Shown here in pieces: positions 1 through 12,669 of a stretch of DNA of 64,000 nucleotides. The notes under the pieces are model-generated. The model was not told where the DNA came from and did no database searches. It worked only from the letters and a program-made list of their open reading frames with translations. The stretch comes from Vicinamibacterales bacterium. GTDB lineage: Bacteria > Acidobacteriota > Vicinamibacteria > Vicinamibacterales > JAMQPK01. The stretch spans positions 337,008 through 401,007 of the forward strand of contig CAVSZJ010000008.1 in assembly GCA_963732445.1 (NCBI GenBank). The letters are read 5' to 3'. The position numbers and the translations under genes are program-made. Within the stretch, counting starts at the first letter, position 1. Every line of letters begins with the position of its first letter.

Positions 1-872
1 TACGGATTGAGGCGCGGATTGCGCCGATCGGTCGTCACCGAGTCGTGCAGGTACGACTTCGGGTCGGCCCAGTCCCATTGCGTGATGACGATGTTGCGCT
101 CGACGCCGCGCGGGCGCGGTGGCGCGAGCGGCACTTCGCCGGCCGCGATGCGATCGGTCCAGTCGGCGAACATTTCAAGCGCGCGCCGCCGGCCGAAGTT
201 GTTGAGACCCGCGTTCATCTGTCCGCCGGCCTGTCCCGATTGAATGCGCCGGTCCCAGGCGGCAACCGACGAATGGGAACGTGCCGAGCTCTTTCGGAAT
301 TTCGCGCATCCCTTTGGTGCCAATCTGATGACACGCGGTGCAGCCTCCTGACTTGAGCGCGCGCAGCCACTGGGCCTGCGACTGCATGGCCGGCGAGATT
401 CCGTTGCCCGGTATCGCCGGTGCCGGGGAACTCGCTCTTGTCGGGAACCTTCATCAACGAGAACCAGTATCCCGCCGGGTAGTACTCGGCGGCGGCTCGC
501 GGGTTGGGGGCCGGCACCGCCGTGAGATTCATGATCTTTCCCGGCGACTGTCTGCGTCTTCGGCGAATCGACCAGGCCGTAGCCGCGCACCCACACGTTG
601 TAGCTGGCCTTCGGCAGATCAGGAATGAGATACCGGCCGCGATCGTCGGTGACAACGATCTTCACGAACTTCGTCGGCAGATCGCTGGTCTCCGCAATCA
701 CCCAGACGCCCGCTTCCGGCCCTTTCGGCCCCGTTACGGTGCCGCCAAGGTCATCGTTATCAATGGGAATCGCGCCGCCGGCCTGTTGCGCGCTCATCGG
801 GCTTCGTGAGATGAGGAGGAGCGCCACGCCGAGCACCGCGACGAACGCACACGCCAGATGCAGCTTTCTCAT
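1..872 (-). pseudogene. Secreted carboxypeptidase-regulatory-like domain + c-type cytochrome (CxxCH) protein; C-terminus off-window; frame broken at least 3 times
   Basis: ATG at 872 opens MRKLHLACAFVAVLGVALLL (signal peptide) ..GVWVIAETSDLPTKFVKIVVTDDRGRYLIPDLPKASYNVWVRGYG. The polypeptide continues in ORF 215..655(-) (NLTAVPAPNPRAAAEYYPAGYWFSLMKVPDKSEFPG), then ORF 175..387(-) (MQSQAQWLRALKSGGCTACHQIGTKG, haem c CxxCH), then a fourth frame down to nt 1 (FADWTDRIAAGEVPLAPPRPRG). Shifts near 540, 405 and 290. Confidence 0.6.
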
Positions 873-966
873 ATGCCCTCCCTTAAAGATCTTCACAGGA
901 GATTAGGAGGTTAGGAGAATTCTTGTCAAAAAGATTTCTCCTGCTCTCCTAGCCTCCTGTTGATCT

Positions 967-2550
967 TCAGTTTCTGCGAAGTACCTTCCCAGGACGTGCT
1001 GCCGTCATGGCTTTTCCATCGAACACGACCTGACCATTCACAACCACCGACGAGAACCCTTCCGCGTATTGATGCGGCTTTTCGAATGTCGCCATGTCTC
1101 GGACGCGCGCGGGGTCGAAGACCGTGATGTCGGCCTTCATGCCGGGCTTCAGCACGCCGCGATCGTCGACGCGCAGCCGCTGCGCGGGAAACGACGTCAT
1201 CTTCCGGATGGCATCCTCGAGCGTCAGCACATTCCGCTCGCGCACGTACAGCCCGAGCACACGCGGAAATGTACCGTAGCTTCTCGGATGCGGCACGCCT
1301 TGTCCAAAAATCTGCACCCACCCGTCCGACGCAATCATCGTCGCCGGATGGCGCATCACGCGCTCGAGGTCTGCTTCGCTCATCGCGTGGTACACCCCCT
1401 GGCAGTTTCCCTGCTCGACGACCCACATCGCCGCTTCGGCGCCGTTCTCGATCGTCGGCTCCAGGCCGCGCATCCGCGCGACGTCCGCCAGATTCTTTCC
1501 GGCCATGGATGCGTCCCAATCGCAGTGCGCGAGAAAGACGTTTTTCGGATCGCCGCCGCCGCGCTCTTCGCGGATGATGCGCACCGTCTCACCGCCGATC
1601 TCCTTGCGCGTCGCCGGATTCTTCAGCCGTGCCAGCATCTGGTCGCGGCCACCCTCCTGTGCCCATGCGGGAATCATCGACGCGACAAAGGCGTTGCTCG
1701 ACGCTGTGTACGGGTACTGGTCGCTCGTCGCGTCCACGCCGCGAAGGCGCGCAGCCTCCAGCAATTTCAGCGTCTCCACGCTCTTGCCGTAGTTGGCGGG
1801 TCCGACGATCTTGTGGTGCGTGACCTGCGTGGGCAGGCCTCCCTCCTCGCCGATGCGGATCGTCTCGCGCACGCTGTCGAGCACGCCGAACGCCTCGTCG
1901 CGCATATGCGAGATGTGTATCCCGCCGTACTTGCCTGCCACCTTCGCCAGCTCGATCACTTCTTCGATCGGGGTGAACGCGCCCGGCACGTAGAAGAGCC
2001 CGGTGCTCATACCGAATGCGCCGGCCTTCATGCCTTCTTCGACGAAGCCGCGCATCTTGTTGAGCTCCGCGGGTGTCGGGCGTCTGTTCGCCCGGCCGAG
2101 AACGGCCTCACGCACAGAACCCTGTCCGATGAACGATCCGACGTTGATGGACATTTGCGTGGCGCCGAGCTTATCCAGAAACGGACCGAGCGGCACCGGC
2201 GATCCGCCGTCGGGCCCTTCAATGAGCGTCGTGACCCCCTGCCGGATGTAGTTATCCGCGCTCGGCAGCTCAAAGATGCTCTCGCGCGCGTGGTTGTGGA
2301 TGTCGATGAACCCCGGTGAGACGATCTGCCCGTTCGCGTCAACCACTCGCGCTGCCGGATCTGAGATGGACGAGGCGATGCGCACGATGGTGTCCCCGCG
2401 CACGGCGACGTCGGCGCGATACCACGGGCTGCCGGTGCCATCGATGACGCGGCCGTTGCGGATGATGAGGTCGTAAGGCTGCGGCGCCTGCGCGTATACC
2501 CCAACGGCAATCACCAATCCTGAGAGAACGACGGCGCCCTTCCTTATCAT
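967..2550 (-). CDS. D-aminoacylase / N-acyl-D-amino-acid deacylase (amidohydrolase superfamily), secreted
   Basis: ORF 967..2565(-), uninterrupted. Hydrophobic N-terminus, DLIIRNGRVIDGTG and GFIDIHNHA (HxH metal site) typical of D-aminoacylases. Start placed at ATG 2550 (MIRKG), which overlaps the upstream stop as ATGA; 2565 is the alternative. Confidence 0.85.
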   Translation of the reverse strand: MIRKGAVVLSGLVIAVGVYAQAPQPYDLIIRNGRVIDGTGSPWYRADVAVRGDTIVRIASSISDPAARVVDANGQIVSPGFIDIHNHARESIFELPSADNYIRQGVTTLIEGPDGGSPVPLGPFLDKLGATQMSINVGSFIGQGSVREAVLGRANRRPTPAELNKMRGFVEEGMKAGAFGMSTGLFYVPGAFTPIEEVIELAKVAGKYGGIHISHMRDEAFGVLDSVRETIRIGEEGGLPTQVTHHKIVGPANYGKSVETLKLLEAARLRGVDATSDQYPYTASSNAFVASMIPAWAQEGGRDQMLARLKNPATRKEIGGETVRIIREERGGGDPKNVFLAHCDWDASMAGKNLADVARMRGLEPTIENGAEAAMWVVEQGNCQGVYHAMSEADLERVMRHPATMIASDGWVQIFGQGVPHPRSYGTFPRVLGLYVRERNVLTLEDAIRKMTSFPAQRLRVDDRGVLKPGMKADITVFDPARVRDMATFEKPHQYAEGFSSVVVNGQVVFDGKAMTAARPGKVLRRN

Positions 2551-4106
2551 CGGGGATTTCTGCACGCGAAATTCGACGCCTCGTCTGTGCTGCCGGAACC
2601 CTTATAGGCAGCCACCTGCGGATATGGGCACAACGGGCGCGTGCGATCGATTTTTCCCTCGGTCGCATGCGACGCCACAATCTGCGCCGGCGCCGTTCCC
2701 TTCGCCATCCATTCCTCGATGGCTGCAATTTTGTCGAACGTGTCGGTGCCGACGCCGCCCTGACAGTGATTCATTCCCGGCACCATGTAGAGCTGGATGG
2801 ACTTTCCGACGGCGCCCTTTCCAAGGACGTCGATCACGCGTGTGTAGTATGAGATGCTGCTCGACGCCGGCACCTGTTGATCGTTCCAACCGTGATACAT
2901 CAGCAGCTTCCCGCCGCGCGCGAAGAAGGGTTTCAGGTTCGGGCTCACCGTATTGAGCACGGCGAGCGACGTGTCTATGAGCTCGATGTCGGTATCGGGG
3001 TTGAACTGCGACGGTTCCCAGGCCGGGTCTTTGGCTATCAATTGCTTGTACGTGTCAACCGGAATGGCCATCGGCTGCGCTCCAGCCAGCGTTCCCCACA
3101 TGAGCTCCGAGCCAGGCTGCAGCAACGGCGGATACAACACCCGACCAGTACGCGGATGCTTTACATCGGAGACGATCGCCCTGGCCGTGCCGACCTGTTC
3201 AGCGGTCAGGCATGAGGGCGCATCCCCGCCTTTGCACTCGAGCACCTTCGGATCGAAACGGCACGCGGCGGGATTCTCGAGTATGCCGTCTTTCACCCCA
3301 TCCCTCGCATCGCATGCGTCCATCACCGCCTTCTGTATCACCGGATATTTCTCCGGTGGAATGTAGCTGCCCGCCGTGCGATGCACGATTCGATTCAGGA
3401 AGATCCGGACTCCGTGGAGGCGCGCGCGCGGATCAGGGGACGCGCCGGCCACAATCGCGTCAAAGTCGGCGGGGTACATCGACGCGAGCGTCAACCCCTG
3501 GTTTCCTCCAGTGGAACAGCCGTTCCATATCGATGCGGTCGGCGCGTTCCCGTAGTACGCGTTCACCACGGCTTTCGCGTGCACTGCCATCTCGTGCAGC
3601 GATCGATGTGCGAAATCGACGACCTTCTCCGGGTGCCCCACTCCAAACGACGCGCCGGGCGTCGAGTGTCCGGTGTCCGTGCTTGCGCTTGCATAGCCGC
3701 GCGCCATCGCGGCGGCCATCGCCGGATATGAAATAGTGCCGGCCCATCCACCGTTACCGACCGCCTGCAACTTTCCATTCCAGCTCCGGGCCGGCAGCCA
3801 TACTTCGATCTTGATGTCCGAGTCCGCGGTCGGCGTGCTCGTGATCGCCACCCGGCAGAACGGCTGCAGCGCCCCCATCGTCTTTGCCAGCGCGGGCGCC
3901 ATGCCTCGTCCCGAAGTCGCACTCGGAGGTGTGAAGGCGCCTGCGGCGACTTCAGCTGCGGATGTGACTGTTGCGTTCGCGAGGCGCAAGGACGCGAGGC
4001 TGCCGCACGACGCGGGTGGTGGAGAGGGAGCGGCGGTTATCCGTTCCTGAACGGGTGCCAGCAGCGCGAGAACAACGCAGACACCGACGTGCGTGACACG
4101 CATCAT
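2547..4106 (-). CDS. Tannase/feruloyl-esterase family alpha/beta hydrolase, secreted
   Basis: ORF 2547..4163(-). Start moved to MMRVTHVGVCVVLALLAP (4106) because the first 19 codons read through a REP hairpin. CSTGGNQGL nucleophile motif (GCSxGG type), ~520 aa, Cys-rich lid. Confidence 0.8.
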   Translation of the reverse strand: MMRVTHVGVCVVLALLAPVQERITAAPSPPPASCGSLASLRLANATVTSAAEVAAGAFTPPSATSGRGMAPALAKTMGALQPFCRVAITSTPTADSDIKIEVWLPARSWNGKLQAVGNGGWAGTISYPAMAAAMARGYASASTDTGHSTPGASFGVGHPEKVVDFAHRSLHEMAVHAKAVVNAYYGNAPTASIWNGCSTGGNQGLTLASMYPADFDAIVAGASPDPRARLHGVRIFLNRIVHRTAGSYIPPEKYPVIQKAVMDACDARDGVKDGILENPAACRFDPKVLECKGGDAPSCLTAEQVGTARAIVSDVKHPRTGRVLYPPLLQPGSELMWGTLAGAQPMAIPVDTYKQLIAKDPAWEPSQFNPDTDIELIDTSLAVLNTVSPNLKPFFARGGKLLMYHGWNDQQVPASSSISYYTRVIDVLGKGAVGKSIQLYMVPGMNHCQGGVGTDTFDKIAAIEEWMAKGTAPAQIVASHATEGKIDRTRPLCPYPQVAAYKGSGSTDEASNFACRNPR

Positions 4107-4124
4107 TGTCTCCTGAAGCAGCAG

Positions 4125-4176
4125 GTAGTGTCCGGCTTCAGCCGGACGTGACGGTCCGCCCAAAGGCGGACACTAC
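4125..4176. repeat. REP-type element: GTAG-headed double hairpin
   Basis: GTAGTGTCCGGCTTCAGCCGGAC-GTGAC-GGTCCGCCCAAAGGCGGACACTAC: two 7-bp-stem hairpins bounded by GTAGTG...CACTAC. The same CTTCAG/CTGAAG-loop hairpin core recurs at 8129-8263, 13535, 16221, 24861 and 37760. Confidence 0.9.
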
Positions 4177-4974
4177 AGCATGTGGACCCCATAGTTGTCT
4201 CACAATCGGTGCAACAACTTCTACCGCGCCGGTGGTCCAGAAGCGCTCGGCGCCCATGTCCGTTTCATCGCTCAGCAGGCCTGCACTTTCGAGGCGGCGC
4301 CGCAGCTCGCGCGCGACAGCGGTCGCGGGATCGATGATGTCGACGTCCGGCCCGGCGACGTCCTGAATGAGCGGCCGCAGGAACGGATAGTGCGTGCATC
4401 CCAGGACGAGGATGTCGGCGCCCCTGTCGATCATGGGGCGGACGTAGCGCTCCACCAGCGAGCGCGTCCCGGCCGATGCGAGCTCGCCTTTCTCAACCTG
4501 GTCGGCGAGCCCAGGACACGGCTGGATGACGAACTCTACGTCAGAGCCGTAGCTCGTGAGCAGCTTCCCCATATTCGGACTCGACAATGTCCCCGTCGTG
4601 GCCAGCACGCCGACGACGCGAGACCGCGTGCGCGACGCTGCGGGCTTGACCGCCGGCTCGATGGCCACAATCGGGATTGCGAAGCGCTCGCGAAGGGACT
4701 CGACCGCAACCGCGGTCGCCGTGTTGCACCCGACAACGACAGCCTTGACGTCCTGACGCATCAGAAATTCGGTGATGGTGATGGCGCGATCGGTCACGAA
4801 CTCCGGTGACCGATCGCCGTACGGCGCGAAACCCGAATCACCGACATAGAGGAAATGTTCATGCGGCAGCTCTTCGCGGAGCGCCTTCAGCACGGAGAGT
4901 CCGCCGACCCCGGAATCGAAGACTCCCACCGGTTTGTGAGGTGCAACCATTTGCCGGCCGTTGCCGTCTTGCAT
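4138..4974 (-). CDS. murI: Glutamate racemase
   Basis: ORF 4138..5133(-). VGVFDSGVGGLSVL, VVGCNTATA and VLGCTHYPF (the two catalytic-Cys motifs). Start at ATG 4974 (MQDGNGRQMVAPHKPVGVFDSG) or 4950. The last 12 codons (VVSAFGRTVTSG) are REP-encoded. Confidence 0.85.
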   Translation of the reverse strand: MQDGNGRQMVAPHKPVGVFDSGVGGLSVLKALREELPHEHFLYVGDSGFAPYGDRSPEFVTDRAITITEFLMRQDVKAVVVGCNTATAVAVESLRERFAIPIVAIEPAVKPAASRTRSRVVGVLATTGTLSSPNMGKLLTSYGSDVEFVIQPCPGLADQVEKGELASAGTRSLVERYVRPMIDRGADILVLGCTHYPFLRPLIQDVAGPDVDIIDPATAVARELRRRLESAGLLSDETDMGAERFWTTGAVEVVAPIVRQLWGPHAVVSAFGRTVTSG

Positions 4975-5045
4975 TCTACCTTCGATAACCACTGTCTCGC
5001 GGTTGCGTATTACCGGGTGAACTATTTCGCGAAAGGCGGCGTCTA

Positions 5046-5636
5046 ATGTCCGGGAGCGCGAAGATGCGACACGTCGCGGCGTTTGCACTAGTGTCATGCG
5101 TGTTTCTTGTCTACGACAATCCCGCAACCGCACAATCGCATTCCGGATTCGAACACGCGCGGGTCTCCCTTACATCGGTACACCATTACGTTGCGACCGA
5201 CGCCGTTCCGAGGCAGCTGGAGTCTCCTCCGAACCTCTACATGTCTTCGGTGTATCGGCCGCTTGTCGAATCGATGCTGCGCGCCTCCCCGACATTCCGT
5301 CGCCAGTGTATGCGCATCTCCGGCGAGCCAAGGCTTACCGTTCGCCTTACCATCGGTACGGGATCGCCTTCCGAAGTCCGGGCCACAACACGGCTGACAT
5401 GGAATGACAAAGGACGCCTCCACGCCGTCGTCGAAATCCTGTCGCGCCGGGATACCGAGGAGCTGATCGCGCACGAGATCGAGCACATCATCGAGCAGCT
5501 CGACGGAGTCAACCTGGCGGCGCGCGCGGCACTCCCGCATACAGGGGTCACCGCAATCGGCCCTTCCGGCGACACGTTCGAAACCGCGCGCGCGAAACGG
5601 GTGGGCCTCAAGGTTGTGTCGGAGCTCGGGCGGTGA
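5046..5636 (+). CDS. Secreted hypothetical protein with HExxH (HEIEH) metallopeptidase-like motif
   Basis: ORF 5046..5636(+), 196 aa. Hydrophobic N-terminus AAFALVSCVFLV..ATAQS; ELIAHEIEHIIEQLDG. Its stop overlaps the next start (GTGA at 5633-5636). Confidence 0.6.
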   Translation: MSGSAKMRHVAAFALVSCVFLVYDNPATAQSHSGFEHARVSLTSVHHYVATDAVPRQLESPPNLYMSSVYRPLVESMLRASPTFRRQCMRISGEPRLTVRLTIGTGSPSEVRATTRLTWNDKGRLHAVVEILSRRDTEELIAHEIEHIIEQLDGVNLAARAALPHTGVTAIGPSGDTFETARAKRVGLKVVSELGR

Positions 5637-6770
5637 AGACCGCTGCCATCGTGCTGGCCCTGGCCACGATGTTGACCGTCGAACAGCGCGATACCCACCG
5701 CTCGAACTTCGACCGCGCGTCCGCGGCGGTCAGTGCGGACGGCCGCTTCGTTGCTTTCACGACATACTCCCGTCTCGTTTCTGCAGATACCGACAACTGG
5801 GGCGACCTGTACGTGCTCGACCGTGCCCGCCAAGAAGTGACGCTCGAAAGTGGGGGCACGGGCGGCGTGGTGAACGGCGACAGCAGTCATCCAGCCATCA
5901 GCGGCGACGGCCGGTACGTCGTCTTCGAAAGCGCCCATACCGTCGTGCTGCGCGACCGGCGCGAAGCGGTGACGCGGATCATCGGTGAGGGGCGGCACCC
6001 GTCGATCACCGAGGACGGGCGTCGCGTATTTTTTTCGGCGAGCAAGGTCGAGTCCGCGACCGGCGCGGACGCGAATGCCGACTACAGCGACGTGTACGCA
6101 CTGGATGTGCAGGCCGGGCCGGCCCGGCACATCAGCGTGGGTCTGATCGGTTTGGACGAATCAATAACGTCCAGCGGCCACCCCTCGCCGAGCAGCGACG
6201 GACGCTATGTCGCGTTCGTATCGAGATTGCCCTTCGAGTCGATCGGTCAGCGCGCGCCGCAGATATTCGTGCGCGATACGCAGCGGAGCACAACGACGCG
6301 TGTCGGGGCTGGTTGGGATCCGTCCATCAGCGGAGACGGACGCTTCGTCGCGTTCGTCAGCGTGTCGAATCAGCTGCCCCATATTTTTGTCGCGGACCTG
6401 CAGACCGGCGAGAGGCACATCATCACGACCAGCACGCGGCGTGGCCTCGCGAATGGCGCGAGCGGCAAGCCGAAGATGTCGGCGAATGGCCGATTCGTCG
6501 TATTTCAATCCGAGGCCAGCGATCTGGTGGCCGGGGACGATTTCAATCTGCTGTGGGACGTTTTCATCTTCGACCGTACCGCGCGGAGTATGGCGCGCGT
6601 CAGCGGGGATGCCGACGAAGTATGGATGGAACCGAGCGGGGGGGCCGCGATTGACGCCGCCGGATCGGTCGTCGCCTTTTCGTCACGCCATCCGACCGAT
6701 GCGTCCGACACGCGCAATGACTTCGATCTGTATGTGGCGACGGGTTCCAGTCTCGAACGCGAAGCGTCCA

Positions 6771-8834
<2,064 letters not shown>

Positions 8835-8845
8835 GTGCCCCCGTG

Positions 8846-11800
8846 TCAGAACATGTATCGAATCGACAGCTGCATCCGCCGCTCGTTTCGCGCGGAGGTG
8901 GGCTTGCCGAACGCGGCGTCGACCTGATTGCCCGCCGCGTCGAACTGTGCCGTTCTATCGATCTCGTCCCATGTCACTTGATTGAACAGGTTGTAGATCT
9001 CCCAACGGAACTGGAACGACTGGGTACTGGTGATCGGGACGGTTTTGAACACCGAAAGATCGTGATTGTGCCAGCCGGGGCCGGTGACTTGCGCGTTGCT
9101 GCAGGTGCCGATGTCGCCTCGCCCCGACGGACGTCTAAACACGCTGGTGTCAAAAAACCCGTCGATACTGTGCTGCGCATTCTCGTTGGCGTTACCAGTC
9201 ATGGAGGGGTAGGGCCCCTGATTGTTACCGCAGCGTTCGCCGCCGCCATGAAAGTTGAAGTTGTCGGTTGTGGCGAAGGTCACATCCAGGAGGCTTCCGG
9301 TGCCGAAGGTGCTAATTCCGGAAAGACGCCAGTTGTCAACGAGCCAACGTGAACTGTTGCCGAATATCGCACTGCCCTTCGGTATTTCAACCATGTAGCT
9401 CGCGACGAACACGTGTTCTTGAATGTTCGCCCTCCAGTTGTTGGCGCTGGTGGGCACTCCATTGCCGCTGTAGGAGTTCGCACCTCCGTTGTTGGGCGCA
9501 CTCTGCATATTCGCACCCTGATCGCACTGGCTCGTGTTGCCGCCGGCACCACACAGGGTGCTCTGATAACCTCTGGCCCAGGTATAGCTGCCGGCCATCT
9601 CGAATCGACCGGTGAATCGCCGCGTGATCTGGACCTGGAGTGAGTCGTACCGAGATGTTCCTCCCGCGTCCTCCAACCGGATGTCGCGATATCCAACCAT
9701 TGGTCGCAGGAAATCGTCGGGCAATGCCGCCGGGTTCGCCGGTGTCGGCGTCACGGAGAGATCCCGGTTGGCCGGATCGAACTGCGCCCCTGCCGGAACT
9801 TGGTTGATGTTGATGCTCCTCGTCAGGTACTTCGTTCGATCACCCACATACGCGACGTCAGCGACGATGTTGCTGCCGATCTCCCGCTGAAGCGCCGCCG
9901 TGAACCGATAGGTATTCGGCCTTCGGGTGTCGGTGCGGACCGCACCGGCGGTGTTCGGCACCGGGGACGCCGCGCTCGCCCCGAGAATGAAGGAGCTCGT
10001 ATCGGTGAACAGCACGCGCTTGTCGTATTCGAATGCCGGACCACCGCGAAAATCGCTCCCGCCTGTTGCGTTGTGGAACGAACCCCCTCCGAGTCGAACG
10101 ACGGTTTTCGGATTCAGCGCGTACGCCATGCCGACGCGAGGATCGAACTGAATCGGCGGCTTCTCGACGAAGCCCCGCCCTGACTCGGTGTAGTCACCGT
10201 TCTCAAACGGAACGATGCCGTTGATCTGACAAGGCGCATCGGGCGTAATCACGCCGCAGGTGTACCCGGTCCCTGGGACGATCAAGGCCGACGAACGTGA
10301 CCGGCAGAATCTCGCCGGTGCGAGGGTTCTGCGCGCGGCGCTGGCCGTTCGCGAGGACCGGCCGGTAGAACACCGGCGGATTGCCACCCCACGTCGGATC
10401 GAATCGCTCCTGGCCGAACATCGACGCTTCGGTCTGTTCTGGGTAGTCCCACAGGTACATCCGGAGTCCGTAGTCGAAGGTCAGCTTGCGGTTCACTCTT
10501 CCAGGTGTCCTGGACGAACCACGCCCAGGTGTTCTGCTTGCGGAAGTCGGGACGACGGCCGAGGGACTCCTGATACTCCGTCACATGCCCGACGTAGGCG
10601 TTCGCAAACGCGTAGCCGGCATTCGCCGGATCTGCCGCGTCCTGCCGGAAGTTGAATTCACCCGCGAAGATACCCGGCGCGCGCCTGACCGAACACTTCG
10701 CGTTCCCTCATGACGCCCATCTTGTACGTGTGCGTGCCGCGCGTGTGGGTCAGGTTCAGTGAGATTGCAGACGCGTCGTCCGCACCGTAAATCGGCCAGC
10801 GATTGTCATAGAAGATGTCGGAGCACTGATTGACGGCGCCGCCACCGCAATCGCCGGTGCCGGAACTGCTCTGGAGCGCTGCCCCATCGCGCCTTCGGAA
10901 TCAGGCCGAGCGGATTATGGAGCGCCGCGAACTGCGGCAGATTCGCCAATGCAGGAAAGGTGCGCCGCTGAATTCCGGCCAGTGCGAGATCGTCCTCCGG
11001 TGGACCATCCTCAGTGCTGTTGAAGAGGCCTGCGCTGAACTCGAGAATCGTCGACGTGATTGACGATGCGCGTGTAGTCGAACTTGCCTACGTCCGACGT
11101 GAAGTCGTACCGCTGCCGCACGAGTCCCCACCGCGAGGACGATCCAGCGACGTTCCATCCGACGCTCTTGGTGTACCAGGAGCTGTAGCGGAAAGACAGT
11201 GAGTCCTTGTCGGTCGGTCGATAGTCAACGCGCGTCAGGTGCTGCCGCCGCGGATGGTCGATGGAAGGCTCCTGCGCCTCGTAGTTGTATCCGACGCCGT
11301 TTACGTTCGGCATCGGCAGCATGTTGAGGAATGTGGCGCCAACCGGATCCATCCGTGACGTGGGGATTCTGTTGTCAGCGAAGGGCAGCCCCGTCGAGGG
11401 GTCGCGCACGACGATGAGTGCGCCGGCGGGAGTTCGAGACTGCGAGAAATCGCCCTGTCGCTCCAGCGCTGACGGCACCGTGTAGCGCCGAAGCGGGTTG
11501 ACGTCCTTCAGTTGCGTATCGTCGACCGAGTAGAAGAAGAAGAGCTTGTTGCCGCAGTGAATCTTCGGAATCTTCGGAATCGGTCCGCCGAGGGTTCCAC
11601 CCAGATTCGAGTATCGGTATTGCGGCTTTGGCAGGCCGGCGCGATTGTTGAAGAAGTTCGTGGCGTTGAACATCTCATGGCGCTTGTAGAAATAGCCGCT
11701 GCCGTGGTACTCGGCGCCACCGTGCTTCGTGATGATGTTGACCTGCGCTCCTCCCTTCAATCCGTATTCGGCGGTGTACGCGCTCATCTGCACGTTGACT

Positions 11801-12453
11801 TCGGCGATCGCGTCCATGTTGGTCGCCGCGCTGAAACTCCCGCCGCCGCCGCCGTCACCGCCGTTGATGCCGTCGACGTAAATCGTCTGACCGCGGCCCC
11901 CCTGAATATTCGGCACAGGCGTCGAGAAGCTGCCGCCAAACGTCTCCTGATCGTTGTTCAGCAGCGCGACGCCCGGAAGGATCTTCAGCAGCGAGATCGG
12001 GTCGCGGCCGCGGATGGACAGGTTCTCGACCTGCTTCAGGTCGAGAATCGCCTGATGCGAGGTCTGGGTCGTCGCGACGACCTCACCGACGGCGCTCACG
12101 GTGACCGCCTCTGCCAGCGATCCGACTTCGAGACGAAGCGGCGGCACGGCCAGGCGGTTATTGGCGAGCACCATGTTGTCGCGATTTCGATCGGCCTGAA
12201 GCCACGCGAGCTCCGCGCGAATGGTGTACGGACCGGGTTGAAGCGCGGGGAACGCGAACAGGCCGACTTCGTTCGTGACCGTTCGGCGCACTTCCTGGTT
12301 TGCTCGTTGGTGATGACGACGTCGGCGCCAGGAACGACCTGGTCGGATGAGTCGACTACGGTCCCGGACATCGAGCCGGATGTTGTCTGCGCTGACGCGT
12401 TCGAGCGGCGAATAGGAGCAGGACCAGAACAGCATTGTCCTGAGGAACGTCAT
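8846..12453 (-). pseudogene. TonB-dependent receptor with N-terminal carboxypeptidase-regulatory-like domain (~1200 aa), heavily frame-disrupted
   Basis: The N-terminal part is ORF 11011..12453(-) (GLFAFPALQPGPYTIRAEL; plug DLKQVENLSIRGRDPISLLKILPGV, IYVDGINGGD). The C-terminal part is ORF 8846..10387(-), ending in the canonical ..QLSIRYMF stop. The first 200 nt and the 10.39-11.01 kb middle are scattered over short ORFs (12096..12371, 10282..10584, 10203..10496); about 10 shifts by hand. Confidence 0.75.
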
Positions 12454-12540
12454 ACCCTCTCCCTTCCTGGCGAAGTGTTTTGGTGGGCCTAAATTACAGA
12501 TTAGGGGGAAGGCGTGTCAAGAAAAAATGGTTAACTTGAC

Positions 12541-12564
12541 CGGTAAAGTTACTTTACTTTACCG
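12541..12564. promoter_or_regulatory. Inverted repeat CGGTAAAG-N8-CTTTACCG upstream of the TonB receptor gene (candidate operator)
   Basis: Sits ~20 nt upstream of a minus-strand TTGACA (12515-12520)-N17-GTAATT promoter-like pair. The same half-site forms a perfect palindrome at 20454-20467. Confidence 0.4.
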
Positions 12565-12621
12565 ATATAGCGAGTCCTTTCCACGTTCGACTTTTTAGGC
12601 TTCGGGGCCGCTCCGCCCCCC

Positions 12622-12658
12622 TTGACAGCGACATCAAAGTGATATCATTATGATGTCG
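12622..12658 (+). promoter_or_regulatory. Candidate promoter (TTGACA) with nested palindromic operator upstream of the SPFH-Arc genes
   Basis: TTGACA 12622-12627. CGACATCA (12629-12636) / TGATATCA (12640-12647) / TGATGTCG (12651-12658) form a symmetric three-site arrangement overlapping possible -10 hexamers (TATCAT, CATTAT). GAGG lies 8 nt before ATG 12670. Confidence 0.4.
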
Positions 12659-12669
12659 AGGTGAAAGCG

